Shown in pieces: positions 18,785 through 28,936 of a stretch of 64,000 nt of DNA; positions within the stretch are counted from its first letter, which is position 1, and the number at the start of each line of letters is the position of its first letter. Location: NCBI GenBank assembly GCA_045545475.1, contig JAZQAZ010000010.1:96001-160000 (forward strand). The letters run 5' to 3'. The position numbers and the translations under genes were made by a program. Source of the stretch: Clostridia bacterium. Lineage in GTDB: Bacteria > Bacillota > Clostridia > CAKSNL01 > HGM11501. The notes under the pieces were generated by a model. That model was not told the origin of the DNA. It saw nothing but the letters and a program-made list of their open reading frames with translations, and ran no database searches.

Positions 18785-20566
18785 TTATTTACAAAGATCT
18801 ATATATGCTTTACGTACAATTTGAGCCATTAATTGACGGCGCTTTTCAAGAAATTCAAGATATTCCATATTTTCAAAGTTTTCAGGCAAAGCGTTTTGTT
18901 CGCACGCTTTTTTATAACCTTCATCTCCGAGTTTTTGACGATAAACATTTACATACTCAGCAGGAGGCTTGTCAGAAATATCAATATTGGTGGCATAGTC
19001 CAAGTATGTAAAGTTAGCAAGTTGATTACGATCACGGTCATTAGTATAACCAATCTGTTCCAAATGGTGTTTCGGGAATATGTGATGCTTATCAATAGCA
19101 TTTTTCGTTCCGCTTGATCCGATAATAAAATATTTAGAAACAGGGGTATTACTGAACAACATCGGGTTGTTCAAAACGATTTGTGCAGCTATATAACCGT
19201 TCCAAGCGGGAGAAATTGCGGCAGCACTGTTAAGTTCACTGGGAAGGGTGAGATTGAAGTAATCGTCAGTAAATCTTGTAGAAATAACTCTGTCTATATA
19301 TGCAATAAATTCTTCAGCAGAATTAACATCTCTTAAATCAGCAAACTGATTTTCAACTTCACTTTCTGTAGAACCGGTGTAAAAATATGTAATGGTGCTC
19401 ATAAAGAACCATTTGCTAATACATTTTCTTAAGTTGATTGCGTCAAGTTTGTAATCATATTTAGCTATAAGATACAGCACATAAGAGAAAACAACAGCGT
19501 TAGAAGACGCAATAAGTTTGTTGCTAATATAGCCGGCTTCTCCGACAATGTTGATAAATCCGTGCCAATTATTAAGATTCATAACTTTGTCCAAAGCATC
19601 CTTAAATTTGTCGAGGTTAGCTTGACGTTCTTCTGCAGAAAATTTTCCTGTTTTAAGATTTTTACCACGCAACAGCATATACGCATAACGTAATCTTGCA
19701 CGTCTGAAACCAACACCTACCGCCATTCGAATCAAATGGGAGGGTTCAACTGCTAACAGCGTATTATAAGAAGTATTTTCTGCCGGAATTCTTGATTTTT
19801 CGGAAAACTCGTTTATTCTATCACTCGTTTCATTTTCGTAAACAGAAATCAATGTTTGAATAAAGTTGTTTTCTGTTAATTTCTGACCTCCGGAGTTTAC
19901 TCTTACAAAAATATCAGCAACAGCTTCTTCGTCAGCATTATATTGAATTTCCAGAGTTGGAAGTGAAAAATCTGAAAGATTGAGCAATGCATTTATGTTG
20001 TTTTCTACAGTAATTTCTTCGTCTTCGGTCAGTTCTGGAAGATTCTTTTTCGCTCTACCTTCATTAGCTTCTTTAATGAATTTTCGGCGAAGCGAAATAA
20101 TGTTGTTTTCTTCTTTTGCAAGAAATACCTCACTTATTCGAGAAATCCATTCTGTATCTCGCTCATATGCTGGAGTCCACACTGCAAATTCTCGTGTTAA
20201 AGGGTTGAACGATATTTTTATTTCTTTGTCCGCAAAATTTTTATCTTTGACAACAACCCCATACATTGCAGCAACAAGAGCGGTCAACCGTTGTTGGCCA
20301 TCTATAACTAATTCTTTAGGTTCGTCATGAATTTTTTCGTTTTTACCGATAACATTTTTCTTTGTTTCATAATCAGCCGGCGATTCCCAAATCATAACAT
20401 ATCCGATAGGGTAACCCTTCATCATAGAATCAAAAAGATCTCTTACTTTATTATCTGCCCACACAAAAGGTCTTTGTAAGTCCGGCAAACCTATTCTGCC
20501 TATTCGTACTCCTCTGACCAAGTCATCAACTTTACTAGGTATATTTTTGAATAATTCCGCACCCAT
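18785..20566 (-). CDS. GmrSD-family (DUF262 + HNH/DUF1524-like) type IV restriction endonuclease
   Basis: LPDLQRPFVW, DS, IDGQQRLT, FVRVNSGG; C-terminal DKHHIFP...LANFTYL...TN. Confidence 0.85.
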   Translation of the reverse strand: MGAELFKNIPSKVDDLVRGVRIGRIGLPDLQRPFVWADNKVRDLFDSMMKGYPIGYVMIWESPADYETKKNVIGKNEKIHDEPKELVIDGQQRLTALVAAMYGVVVKDKNFADKEIKISFNPLTREFAVWTPAYERDTEWISRISEVFLAKEENNIISLRRKFIKEANEGRAKKNLPELTEDEEITVENNINALLNLSDFSLPTLEIQYNADEEAVADIFVRVNSGGQKLTENNFIQTLISVYENETSDRINEFSEKSRIPAENTSYNTLLAVEPSHLIRMAVGVGFRRARLRYAYMLLRGKNLKTGKFSAEERQANLDKFKDALDKVMNLNNWHGFINIVGEAGYISNKLIASSNAVVFSYVLYLIAKYDYKLDAINLRKCISKWFFMSTITYFYTGSTESEVENQFADLRDVNSAEEFIAYIDRVISTRFTDDYFNLTLPSELNSAAAISPAWNGYIAAQIVLNNPMLFSNTPVSKYFIIGSSGTKNAIDKHHIFPKHHLEQIGYTNDRDRNQLANFTYLDYATNIDISDKPPAEYVNVYRQKLGDEGYKKACEQNALPENFENMEYLEFLEKRRQLMAQIVRKAYIDLCK

Positions 20567-20568
20567 TT

Positions 20569-21006
20569 TTATTCTCCTATCCTGTTATTACTATACGCTT
20601 CCTTCAACCTATCAATCGCCAACTCTGGACTCATTGTATGGTACATAAGATAAACCACATTCATAGTTTTAGCCGGAGCTTGTTTATAAATTTCTTTACT
20701 GCTTTCGCCGGTATAATAGTTCCAATAGCGATAAATGTATCCGATCCAATAAAGTGCTTCCTTATCGTAGATTTCACCGTTTTTTGTAAGCTTCTCACCG
20801 AACTCATCCTCCATACGTGAAAGAATATACGCTTTGCCTGCCCATTGCACGTGGTGGAATTCTTTGTCCATATCGGCAGATACCTGAGTGGTCATATACA
20901 CCTTGATGAAAGCTTCACTGCTATATCCTCGCTCTGCCGCAAGTTCAAACAGTTGACCTTGTGTATCACATAAAGTGAGTTGTAACGACTTACACATATC
21001 ATTCAC
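20569..21006 (-). CDS. Conserved hypothetical protein resembling the partner gene of DUF3990 toxins
   Basis: LCDTQGQLFE...LYWIGYIYRYW...YHTMSPE..IDRL pattern recalled from such pairs. Confidence 0.5.
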   Translation of the reverse strand: MNDMCKSLQLTLCDTQGQLFELAAERGYSSEAFIKVYMTTQVSADMDKEFHHVQWAGKAYILSRMEDEFGEKLTKNGEIYDKEALYWIGYIYRYWNYYTGESSKEIYKQAPAKTMNVVYLMYHTMSPELAIDRLKEAYSNNRIGE

Positions 21007-21175
21007 CTTTCAAAATCTCGTCAAAGAATTCACTTTCACAACGGTAGTTAATTTCAGTTTTTTCTTTTCTTCTTTCTGAACTCATATCTTTGAAATGCGA
21101 AAATCCCTGGTTGTAAAGTGGTTCTTCTCCAACGCTTTTATATGAGATCACTATAGGAATGTCCTTGATTGTCAT
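20999..21175 (-). pseudogene. 58-aa ORF, possible remnant of the deleted partner gene
   Basis: Manual translation MTIKDIP...EFFDEILKGE*, stop overlapping the next start. Confidence 0.3.
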
Positions 21176-21249
21176 AATTTTTCTCTTAATAAAAAGATAC
21201 TCTAGTGCTCAGTAATTATACTACAATTGATGTCCTATAAAACGGACTG

Positions 21250-22092
21250 TTACTCTCTAAAATAGTCAGAATTGATTTTATATATATTAAATGTCTTGAC
21301 ACTTTCAACGCCAATTCCATATTTAACCATATAATCAGCTAATAACTCGCCATCAATAAGTTTCACGCTTTTTTGCTGTTGCTGAGTTCCAAAAGTCAAA
21401 GCTTCTTTTGTGTATGATGAGGTTGTAATAAATACGCCCTTCTGAATATGACCCATTGCACCAATGAATGCTTGCAATTCTTTTCTGCCGACTTTATTTG
21501 TGCTTGAATTACGCTTAGCTTGTATGTAAATGAGGTCTAATCCTAATTTATCTTCGCTGATAATACCATCAATTCCATTGTCATGCGAACCGCCAGTCAC
21601 AATTCCTGAATTTTTGTCATACCCGTAACCCATTTTTAACAACAATTCCACAACCAGTTATTCGAAAAAATCGGGGTGATTTGACATAATGTTATCCAGC
21701 AACTGTTGTTTTATCTGATGTAGATGCTCATCCAGAGCATTAACAATCTTTTCTTCTGGTAAAAAGTCTGTATTATCATCGTCTATATTTGTAGATTGAT
21801 TTGTGGTTTTCTTAAATTTGTCGCTGTCGCTTACAATAAACTTAAGCTTTTTCCCATCTTTTCCCGAAATCGCAAAGTGTTTAACTGGATATGCAGTAGG
21901 AAACTCAAGACCAATACAATGACGTCTGATTTCACCGTTGACAACACCAACGGGATTTTTTGCACCAAACTTATATAGATTTTTATCAATTATCCTCTGA
22001 TAAATATCAGCAGAAGATAAACCATCGGGCTCATCTTTTAAAACTTCTTTAATTGCTTCGATTATTGTCATAGGGTTCTCCTTCTTTCGCAA
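21250..22092 (-). pseudogene. mrr: Mrr-family restriction endonuclease (N-terminal wHTH) interrupted by an in-frame TAA
   Basis: NHPDFFE*LVVELLLKMGYG in one frame; DNGIDG...YIQAKR...GVFITTS Mrr catalytic domain. Confidence 0.85.
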
Positions 22093-22186
22093 ACACCCAT
22101 ATATCTACAAATTTCGCGCCAATGGGTATATGACCTATGACATGAGGAATAGATATATGTGGCATAATTAAATTAATTCTTTTTTC

Positions 22187-23269
22187 TCAAACCAAAACTT
22201 CCCACTTACCGTAGCGTTTACCACTTTCACGGTGGATATAGTTTTTATTCTGCAGCGATTTCATAATTCGCTTAATTGTTGCAATAGATTTTCCGGTTAC
22301 TTCAACGAGCTCTTGCTGTTTCATCGTCGGGTTCTTTGCAACCAATTCTAAAACGGCAAGTTCTTCTAAAGTACAGTCTAAAGTATCAAATTGATACTTT
22401 GGAACTTTAGAATTGATACTTTGGGAAGCATTTACATCCACAAAATCAACGTGCATATAGCGGTTCTTCAGCTCGTGGTTCGTGCCGAGCAAAAGATTTT
22501 CGAAAAACAATTCCAGAAATTTTGTGGTGGAATGAATCCCTTTTTGCAAATCGTTATAGTTAGCACGAACGAGTGCGTTGCGGAAATACCAAGAGTTTTC
22601 ACGGAACGCATCGTTATTGACACGGAAACCGAAGGTTTTCATATATTTAATCATAAACACGGCGGTGGCTCTTGTATTGCCCTCGCCGAAGGGATGAATC
22701 TGCCAAATGTCCGATGCAAATTTAGCAAGGTGCTTTACCGATGCTTCAACCGACAGCCCCTCATATGAGAACTGCTTTTCGGTGGCAAAATCATAATCCA
22801 AGGTATCTTTTATGCTGTTGAAATCAGCATAGATAACCGTTTCGCCATTCAGTACCCATTCCTTTTTGGAAATGTTATACTGACGAATCTTACCGGCGTG
22901 GTCAAATACACCCTCAAACAATCTGCGGTGAATGGTAATCCACTCGGCAGGAGAAAACTGAAACGCTTTTTCGCCTAAAAGCTTGGTTATTCTTGCAGAA
23001 ACAATATCCGCTTCTTTGGTGTTATCTTCAGCTTCGGTGCGGGTACTTCTCTGCTCATAATAGCTGTAAATACGCTTTTGAGCTTCATCTATGGTGATTT
23101 TACCCTCGATGTGATCCTTTGCAGTATCAAGCAAATATTCAGACGTGTTGAGTCCGTCAACCGCCTGCAAACCAATAGCAGTTTGCCAAGCTTCACTTTT
23201 TTCGGCTCTTTCAGGTTCGCCTTGCTTTATATATTCTTCAAGTTCAAATTGCCAATTCTTATCGGGCAT
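22187..23269 (-). CDS. Fic-family protein with C-terminal wHTH
   Basis: HPFGEGNTRAT Fic motif; C-terminal HTH ending ESGKRYGKWEV. Confidence 0.85.
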   Translation of the reverse strand: MPDKNWQFELEEYIKQGEPERAEKSEAWQTAIGLQAVDGLNTSEYLLDTAKDHIEGKITIDEAQKRIYSYYEQRSTRTEAEDNTKEADIVSARITKLLGEKAFQFSPAEWITIHRRLFEGVFDHAGKIRQYNISKKEWVLNGETVIYADFNSIKDTLDYDFATEKQFSYEGLSVEASVKHLAKFASDIWQIHPFGEGNTRATAVFMIKYMKTFGFRVNNDAFRENSWYFRNALVRANYNDLQKGIHSTTKFLELFFENLLLGTNHELKNRYMHVDFVDVNASQSINSKVPKYQFDTLDCTLEELAVLELVAKNPTMKQQELVEVTGKSIATIKRIMKSLQNKNYIHRESGKRYGKWEVLV

Positions 23270-23298
23270 ATTTGCACCTCATTTCGCTATCATATCTA

Positions 23299-24201
23299 TT
23301 ATTCATTATCCAAAACCCTAAAATAATCATCATATCTCTCGCTGACATACTCAGCAACGAGATTTATCATCGGTTCAGGATCGTTATCTCTGTAGAATGA
23401 ATCAAATGCGTTATAATACCGCTTTCGGTCGGCAAATTTTACGTTGATTGCCGGATAACCGTGTCTTATAAGCTCAAGATTCATAATCAAGCGGCCTGTT
23501 CTTCCGTTACCGTCAACAAAGGGGTGAATGCCCTCGAATTCAAGATGGAACAACGCAATACGCTCAATGGTGCTCATTTCTGCCTTGCGTTCTTCGTTTT
23601 TTAAGAGCAGTTCAGTCATTTTGGGTTCAATCAAATAGGGCTGCACCGGCTCTGTAAAAGCTCCCATAATACGCACGGGAATGCGGCGATACACACCCTT
23701 ATCCTCTGGCTGATTCATCAACACAAGGGAATGAATGGCTTTTATGGCTGACTCGTTTAACGGCACATCCTTAGTAGCAATGTCCGTAACATACAGAAAA
23801 GCATCACGGTGTCCGACTGCTTCAAGGTGGTCTTTCAGCGGCTTTTGATCGACAGTCATTCCTTCAAGAACCATTGCGGTTTCCTTCAAGGTAAGCGTGT
23901 TTCCTTCGATTGCGTTTGAGTTATAAGTATACTCTATCATAAACTCTTGGCGGAGACGGTTTAACTCACCCTGTGTAAGAGGACGCATTGCATTAAGACG
24001 TTCTTTTTTGTATTCTATTTCTGCAATTATATTAGTCTTTGACAATCTGCCGTCCATGGGCTTAACTGCCGTTTCGGGAATCATATAGAGTTTTCCCTTG
24101 CGTATAACGCCCTCCACCTTGCCTTCGGCACACAATGTACGCACACGGCGAGGTGAAATTCCCCATTTTTCAGCAGCTTTTGATACCTTAATATATTCCA
24201 T
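23299..24201 (-). CDS. Fic-family protein with N-terminal HTH and autoinhibitory SNAIEGN motif
   Basis: HPFVDGNGRTGR; SNAIEGN; GAGGAGG RBS before MEYIK. Confidence 0.9.
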   Translation of the reverse strand: MEYIKVSKAAEKWGISPRRVRTLCAEGKVEGVIRKGKLYMIPETAVKPMDGRLSKTNIIAEIEYKKERLNAMRPLTQGELNRLRQEFMIEYTYNSNAIEGNTLTLKETAMVLEGMTVDQKPLKDHLEAVGHRDAFLYVTDIATKDVPLNESAIKAIHSLVLMNQPEDKGVYRRIPVRIMGAFTEPVQPYLIEPKMTELLLKNEERKAEMSTIERIALFHLEFEGIHPFVDGNGRTGRLIMNLELIRHGYPAINVKFADRKRYYNAFDSFYRDNDPEPMINLVAEYVSERYDDYFRVLDNE

Positions 24202-24457
24202 TAGAGTTGCCTCCTCAGTTAATACAATACTACAAAATACATTATACACCATTTTGGGAATATTGTCAAGGTTGACTGAAAATGTTTACAACTGTTTTGT
24301 TCCCCAAATTGAATTTAAGGGAAGAATGTTTGTACAAGTGAATTGATTTTTGTATTTTGACACTGTTGTAGCATTCATGATAATTGCTACAGCGTAGCAC
24401 CAAATATAATGAAGAAAAGCCTTGAATGTAATAACTTTCAGGGCATTTCTTATGGTC

Positions 24458-24612
24458 TAGAGGTGGAGCTATGAAGTGAAAATTTAATATCAAAATTACA
24501 ACTTTGTGATAATTTATAATGTCGTACAGCTCCACCTCTGAGCCCTTGCAATTACTGGCTTTAACGGTGTTTGCCGAGGTATGCATCGCGCCTGCTCTTA
24601 GAGGTGGAGCGA
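24458..24612. repeat. Second cluster of the 14-bp TAGAGGTGGAGCTA motif
   Basis: Copies at 24458 (+), 24527 (-), 24599 (+). Confidence 0.75.
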
Positions 24613-24731
24613 TTGACTTTTTTGATGGTAATATTCTTGAATCTATATTGAATTTGTAAATTCTATTTGCCAAAAACGAAAAACTATTGATTTTGACAAG
24701 TAAAATTAGAGCACCAAAACAGTGGCTCTGA

Positions 24732-25606
<875 letters not shown>

Positions 25607-25634
25607 ACCTATATGGAGGTGAGAACATTCGGGA

Positions 25635-26090
25635 ATGAATAAATCAAAAATTCGGTGTACTTTTGCCGGGCACAGTGAGATTCATAACTCAAATCTTGTT
25701 GAAGAAATAAAGGCTACTGCAAAAGAATTGATTATCGAAAATGGTGTTAATGAGTTCTGGGTAGGTCATTACGGTGACTTTGATCATTATGCCGCAAAAG
25801 CAGTAAGGGAACTCAAGCGGGAGTATGACATAGAGCTTGTACTTGTAATTCCATATCTTACAAAGGAAATCGAAGAATACAAAGAAGACTATTATAAAAA
25901 TTTTGATGCGATAATTATGGCAGACATACCCCAAACAACACCTACAAAATTAAGAATTATAAAAGCAAATCAGTATATGGTAAATGAGTCTGACTACTTG
26001 ATTTGCTATGTGAAAAATACTTGGGGAGGAGCTGCGAAGACATTAGAATATGCAAGTCGTAAGAAAAAAACAATTTACAACTTAGGATAA
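25635..26090 (+). CDS. SLOG-superfamily (YpsA/DUF1273-like) protein
   Basis: CTFAGH, FWVGHYGDFD, NQYMVNESDYLICYV..WGGA. Confidence 0.75.
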   Translation: MNKSKIRCTFAGHSEIHNSNLVEEIKATAKELIIENGVNEFWVGHYGDFDHYAAKAVRELKREYDIELVLVIPYLTKEIEEYKEDYYKNFDAIIMADIPQTTPTKLRIIKANQYMVNESDYLICYVKNTWGGAAKTLEYASRKKKTIYNLG

Positions 26091-26183
26091 ATGACATGTA
26101 TAGCAAATTAAAAAAATACAAAAGCACCCACTTTTTTAACTCCTGCCATTGAAAGTAGTAAAAGCATATGTTAAAATGTCAAT

Positions 26184-26284
26184 GTAAAAATGGTAAGCAG
26201 TTAAAATGGTAAGCAGTTAAGCAGGTATTGGTATGTGCATCCTTGGGATAGGTGTGTGCATTTATACTTGCTTGTTATTTTTTT
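26184..26284 (+). ncRNA. Putative small RNA, unit 1 (~100 nt)
   Basis: Shared 35-nt leader, AAGCAGGTAT/ATACTTGCTT stem with G-U pairs, T-rich end. Confidence 0.55.
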
Positions 26285-26428
26285 GAAGGAAAACTAAATA
26301 GTTTTCGGGGAACTGATTGCATATTAACTTGCAGAATCACATATTTTCTTAAAATATTTTTCTGAAAAATACCCTTTATTTTTTCTCCTGGTCTTGTTTT
26401 GAGAAAAATAATGTGGTAAACTATGTGT

Positions 26429-26533
26429 GTAAAAATGGTAAGCAGTTAAAACGGTAAGCAGTTAAGCAGGTATTGGCGTATGCCTTTTCTTAGGATAGGT
26501 GTGTGCATTTATACTTGCTTTTTCTCATTTTTT
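26429..26533 (+). ncRNA. Putative small RNA, unit 2 (~100 nt, paralog of unit 1)
   Basis: Same leader and outer stem; inner GCGTATGCCT/AGGTGTGTGC pairs only through G-U. Confidence 0.55.
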
Positions 26534-26629
26534 ACGGAAAACAAACTTTTTAGCAGAATAAAAAAATTTATACCTTCAATTTTAGCTCCACCGCTACCAA
26601 TTAGTATTTACATATGCTAAAATAGCACT

Positions 26630-26805
26630 GTAAAAATGGTAAGCAGTTAAAACGGTAAGCAGTTTAGATGGTTTTTAAGGGTAACAAATTTACTCACAAA
26701 ACCGTCGGGGTTTTTGTCAAACCTTGTAAGAAGACGAGGGTACACATAAGCCTTTCCGACGGGAGAAGTATGCCCAAACGCCTTTTTTAAGGTGTTCGGC
26801 ACAAC
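26630..26805 (+). ncRNA. Putative structured RNA, unit 3 (paralog of the 5' part of unit 4)
   Basis: Leader plus hairpins that vary compensatorily against unit 4 (AACCTTGT/ACGAGGGTACAC; TGCCCAAACGCC/GGTGTTCGGCA). Confidence 0.5.
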
Positions 26806-26921
26806 AAATTATTTCAAGTCAAAACAAACGATTTTTGTATTAAGAAAAAACAATTTACAAATTTATATTTAATTTAGCGCCACCTCTACTCAAGAGGGTT
26901 TACATATGTTAAAATAACAGT

Positions 26922-27766
26922 GTAAAGATGGTAAGCAGTTAAAATTGTAAGCAGTTGCGGTAACTTTAGTTACTGATAGTTTTTTCAGGAGATTAACCAT
27001 AAGTTCTTGTGAACCTTTACAAGTCGTAAAGAGTACACCAAAACTTTTATTACAGGAGATATTGTCTGAATACTCATTGAGTGTTCGGCAAGTAAACGGT
27101 ATGACTGAAGAGCGATTATGCTCATTTGCAGTCTGTGGAGTGGTAAAGCTACGGGATAACTATGTCCTGAAGCTCTATCTAAAAATTAAATATTACGGAA
27201 ACAAAAAGAATGTAGATTTAGCCTTAAATGGCTTATTTCTGCATTCTTTTTTTATCTAAATATCGAATGGAAACCAAAACTTTTGAAGAGTTCTATCGGC
27301 ACATCCAGCCCTGCTCGGCAGGAATGTGTACGGACAAAATTTTGTGGAACAACGAAAATGAAATGTGCAAGCTTTTAACGGTTTTCCTTGCACAGCAAAG
27401 TCGGGCGAAAAAGAGCCTCACTTTGTTACTTAAAATCCAGGATGTGAGCAGACATCCGGACACAGTAGCGGCTGTGAAAACACATTCATATGTCACCGCT
27501 TATGGCATATTTCAGCATCGGCATTTTATGCACCTGAGTTTAGCAGGTTGATGCTACCGCCGGATTTTTAAGTCCAAATAACAAAATAGCGGTAATATTA
27601 CTAACCTGGCAGTTAGCTTCATACTAAAGGGAGACAGAGATTAAAAAAGCACACGAAAGTGCCGTAAATATGCTGTTTTCCATTAAGTCAAACAAGGAAA
27701 TACAGAGGTAACAGATACAAAAAGCTCAGTGCCATAGCTATGCCCTTGCGAAAGAAAGGGATTAAA
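26922..27766 (+). ncRNA. Putative long structured RNA / leader (unit 4) running into the tyrosine recombinase gene
   Basis: More than 10 consecutive hairpins, several with + strand G-U pairs; no credible ORF. Confidence 0.45.
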
Positions 27767-28633
27767 ATGAAAACTGCAATATACAAGAATTTAGAAGTTC
27801 AGTACAACAAGTTGTTCCGTCACCTGAAAGTTGGCAGTTTCAAAACGAGAGAGCGTTACGGCAAGGCGTTCAAACGCTTTATGGTATTTCTGGCAAAAGA
27901 GTACCGATTGCAAAAGCTTTGCAACATTTCCGAAAAGCATATACTTGCATACGTTTCGTATATGCAAAAGAAAGGTCTGTCAGCTTCGACCATCAAGACC
28001 GAGCTTGCCGCCATTCGTTTCTTCCACGACAATATGCCGTACACGAGAAGCACATTGCCGAGCAATGAGGACTTAGACCTCAAAAAGCGTACCTTTGGTG
28101 GTGCGGACAGAACCTGGACTTCTCCGGAATTTAACCATATGCTCATTGCCGCAATTGATAACAAGGATTATCAGGCGATTCTGTGCCTTGCGAGATACGC
28201 TGGTCTTCGCTTGGAGGAATGCTTCCGCATCGACACCAATGATGCAAAAAACGCCCTTGATACAGGCAATCTGCTTGTCAAGGGCAAGGGTGGACTTTGG
28301 AGATATGTACCTATCAATGAGTCTATCAGAATTACATTCCGTGATATGTTAAAGATAACTCCCATTGGAGAAAAACTGTTTGTGCGACCTTACGACAAGA
28401 CGCATCTTGCAATGAAAAGACTGCAATGCTTTATTGCGTATCACAGAAAAAGATTTACTGAAAACACAATTACTTTCCACGGACTTCGACACACCTTTGC
28501 ACATGAGCAGTACAACAAGTTCATTGAACAAGGTTACTCTGACTTTATGGCTCGTAAAAAGGTATCGGAGCTACTCGGGCATCACCGTGATGATGTAACG
28601 AGAATTTATTTGTCGGGCGGTGATGATGTATGA
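27767..28633 (+). CDS. Tyrosine recombinase (288 aa) with N-terminal core-binding domain
   Basis: R (GLRLEE), K (KGKGG), HGLR, LGH, Y (TRIY) all present. Confidence 0.9.
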   Translation: MKTAIYKNLEVQYNKLFRHLKVGSFKTRERYGKAFKRFMVFLAKEYRLQKLCNISEKHILAYVSYMQKKGLSASTIKTELAAIRFFHDNMPYTRSTLPSNEDLDLKKRTFGGADRTWTSPEFNHMLIAAIDNKDYQAILCLARYAGLRLEECFRIDTNDAKNALDTGNLLVKGKGGLWRYVPINESIRITFRDMLKITPIGEKLFVRPYDKTHLAMKRLQCFIAYHRKRFTENTITFHGLRHTFAHEQYNKFIEQGYSDFMARKKVSELLGHHRDDVTRIYLSGGDDV

Positions 28634-28839
28634 CCAAAAAGAAAAATCTTTATACAAAAATGCTCAAAGATTACCCCGATGTATTAAACGTAAATCAAAT
28701 GTGCAAGGCTTTGGGAGGAATCAGCACAAAGACGGGCTACAAGCTTCTTAAAGAAAAGAAGATTGAAAGCATAAAGGTCGGTCGGGAATATAAGATAGCC
28801 AAAATAAATTTGATAGATTTCATCACAAATAACGGCTAA
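28630..28839 (+). CDS. Excisionase-like HTH_17 protein
   Basis: YPDVLNVNQMCKALGGISTKTGYKLLKE...KVGREYKI; coupled to the recombinase stop. Confidence 0.85.
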   Translation: MTKKKNLYTKMLKDYPDVLNVNQMCKALGGISTKTGYKLLKEKKIESIKVGREYKIAKINLIDFITNNG

Positions 28840-28843
28840 AATC

Positions 28844-28895
28844 TTTACAAAAGCACCTGCTTTTGGTATAATAATTAAATAATAGCAGGTGCTTT
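28844..28895 (+). promoter_or_regulatory. Integrase promoter overlapped by a 12-bp inverted repeat
   Basis: TTTACA-17-TATAAT; AAAGCACCTGCT (28850) / AGCAGGTGCTTT (28884). Confidence 0.6.
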
Positions 28896-28936
28896 ACTTC
28901 CCGAAAGGAGGATTTATTTAAAGGAGGTAAAACACT

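Larger units (their letters stand above)
26137..26956 (+). repeat. Array of four promoter + GTAAArATGGTAAGCAGTTAAAAyrGTAAGCAGTT-like units
   Basis: Units start at 26184, 26429, 26630, 26922, each 6 bp after an extended -10 box. Confidence 0.9.

Noticed and set aside
24266-24673. 135-aa minus-strand ORF
   Set aside because: TTG start without RBS; its repeated IAPPL simply translates the 14-bp DNA motif
26060-26860. TAAGAAAAAA(A)CAATTTACAA shared by the SLOG gene 3' end and the region before unit 4
   Set aside because: A-rich ~20-bp match; at most a duplication scar, too weak to call a target or guide
26184-26956. CRISPR array interpretation of the repeated 35-mer
   Set aside because: Spacing is 200-290 bp, the intervening sequences are paralogous and each has its own promoter; no cas genes in the window
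27062-27551. Short ORFs 27062-27259, 27228-27551 and 27293-27496
   Set aside because: No recognisable domains and they overlap dense hairpins; a GGAG before 27062 is too close to the TTG, though a short peptide cannot be excluded
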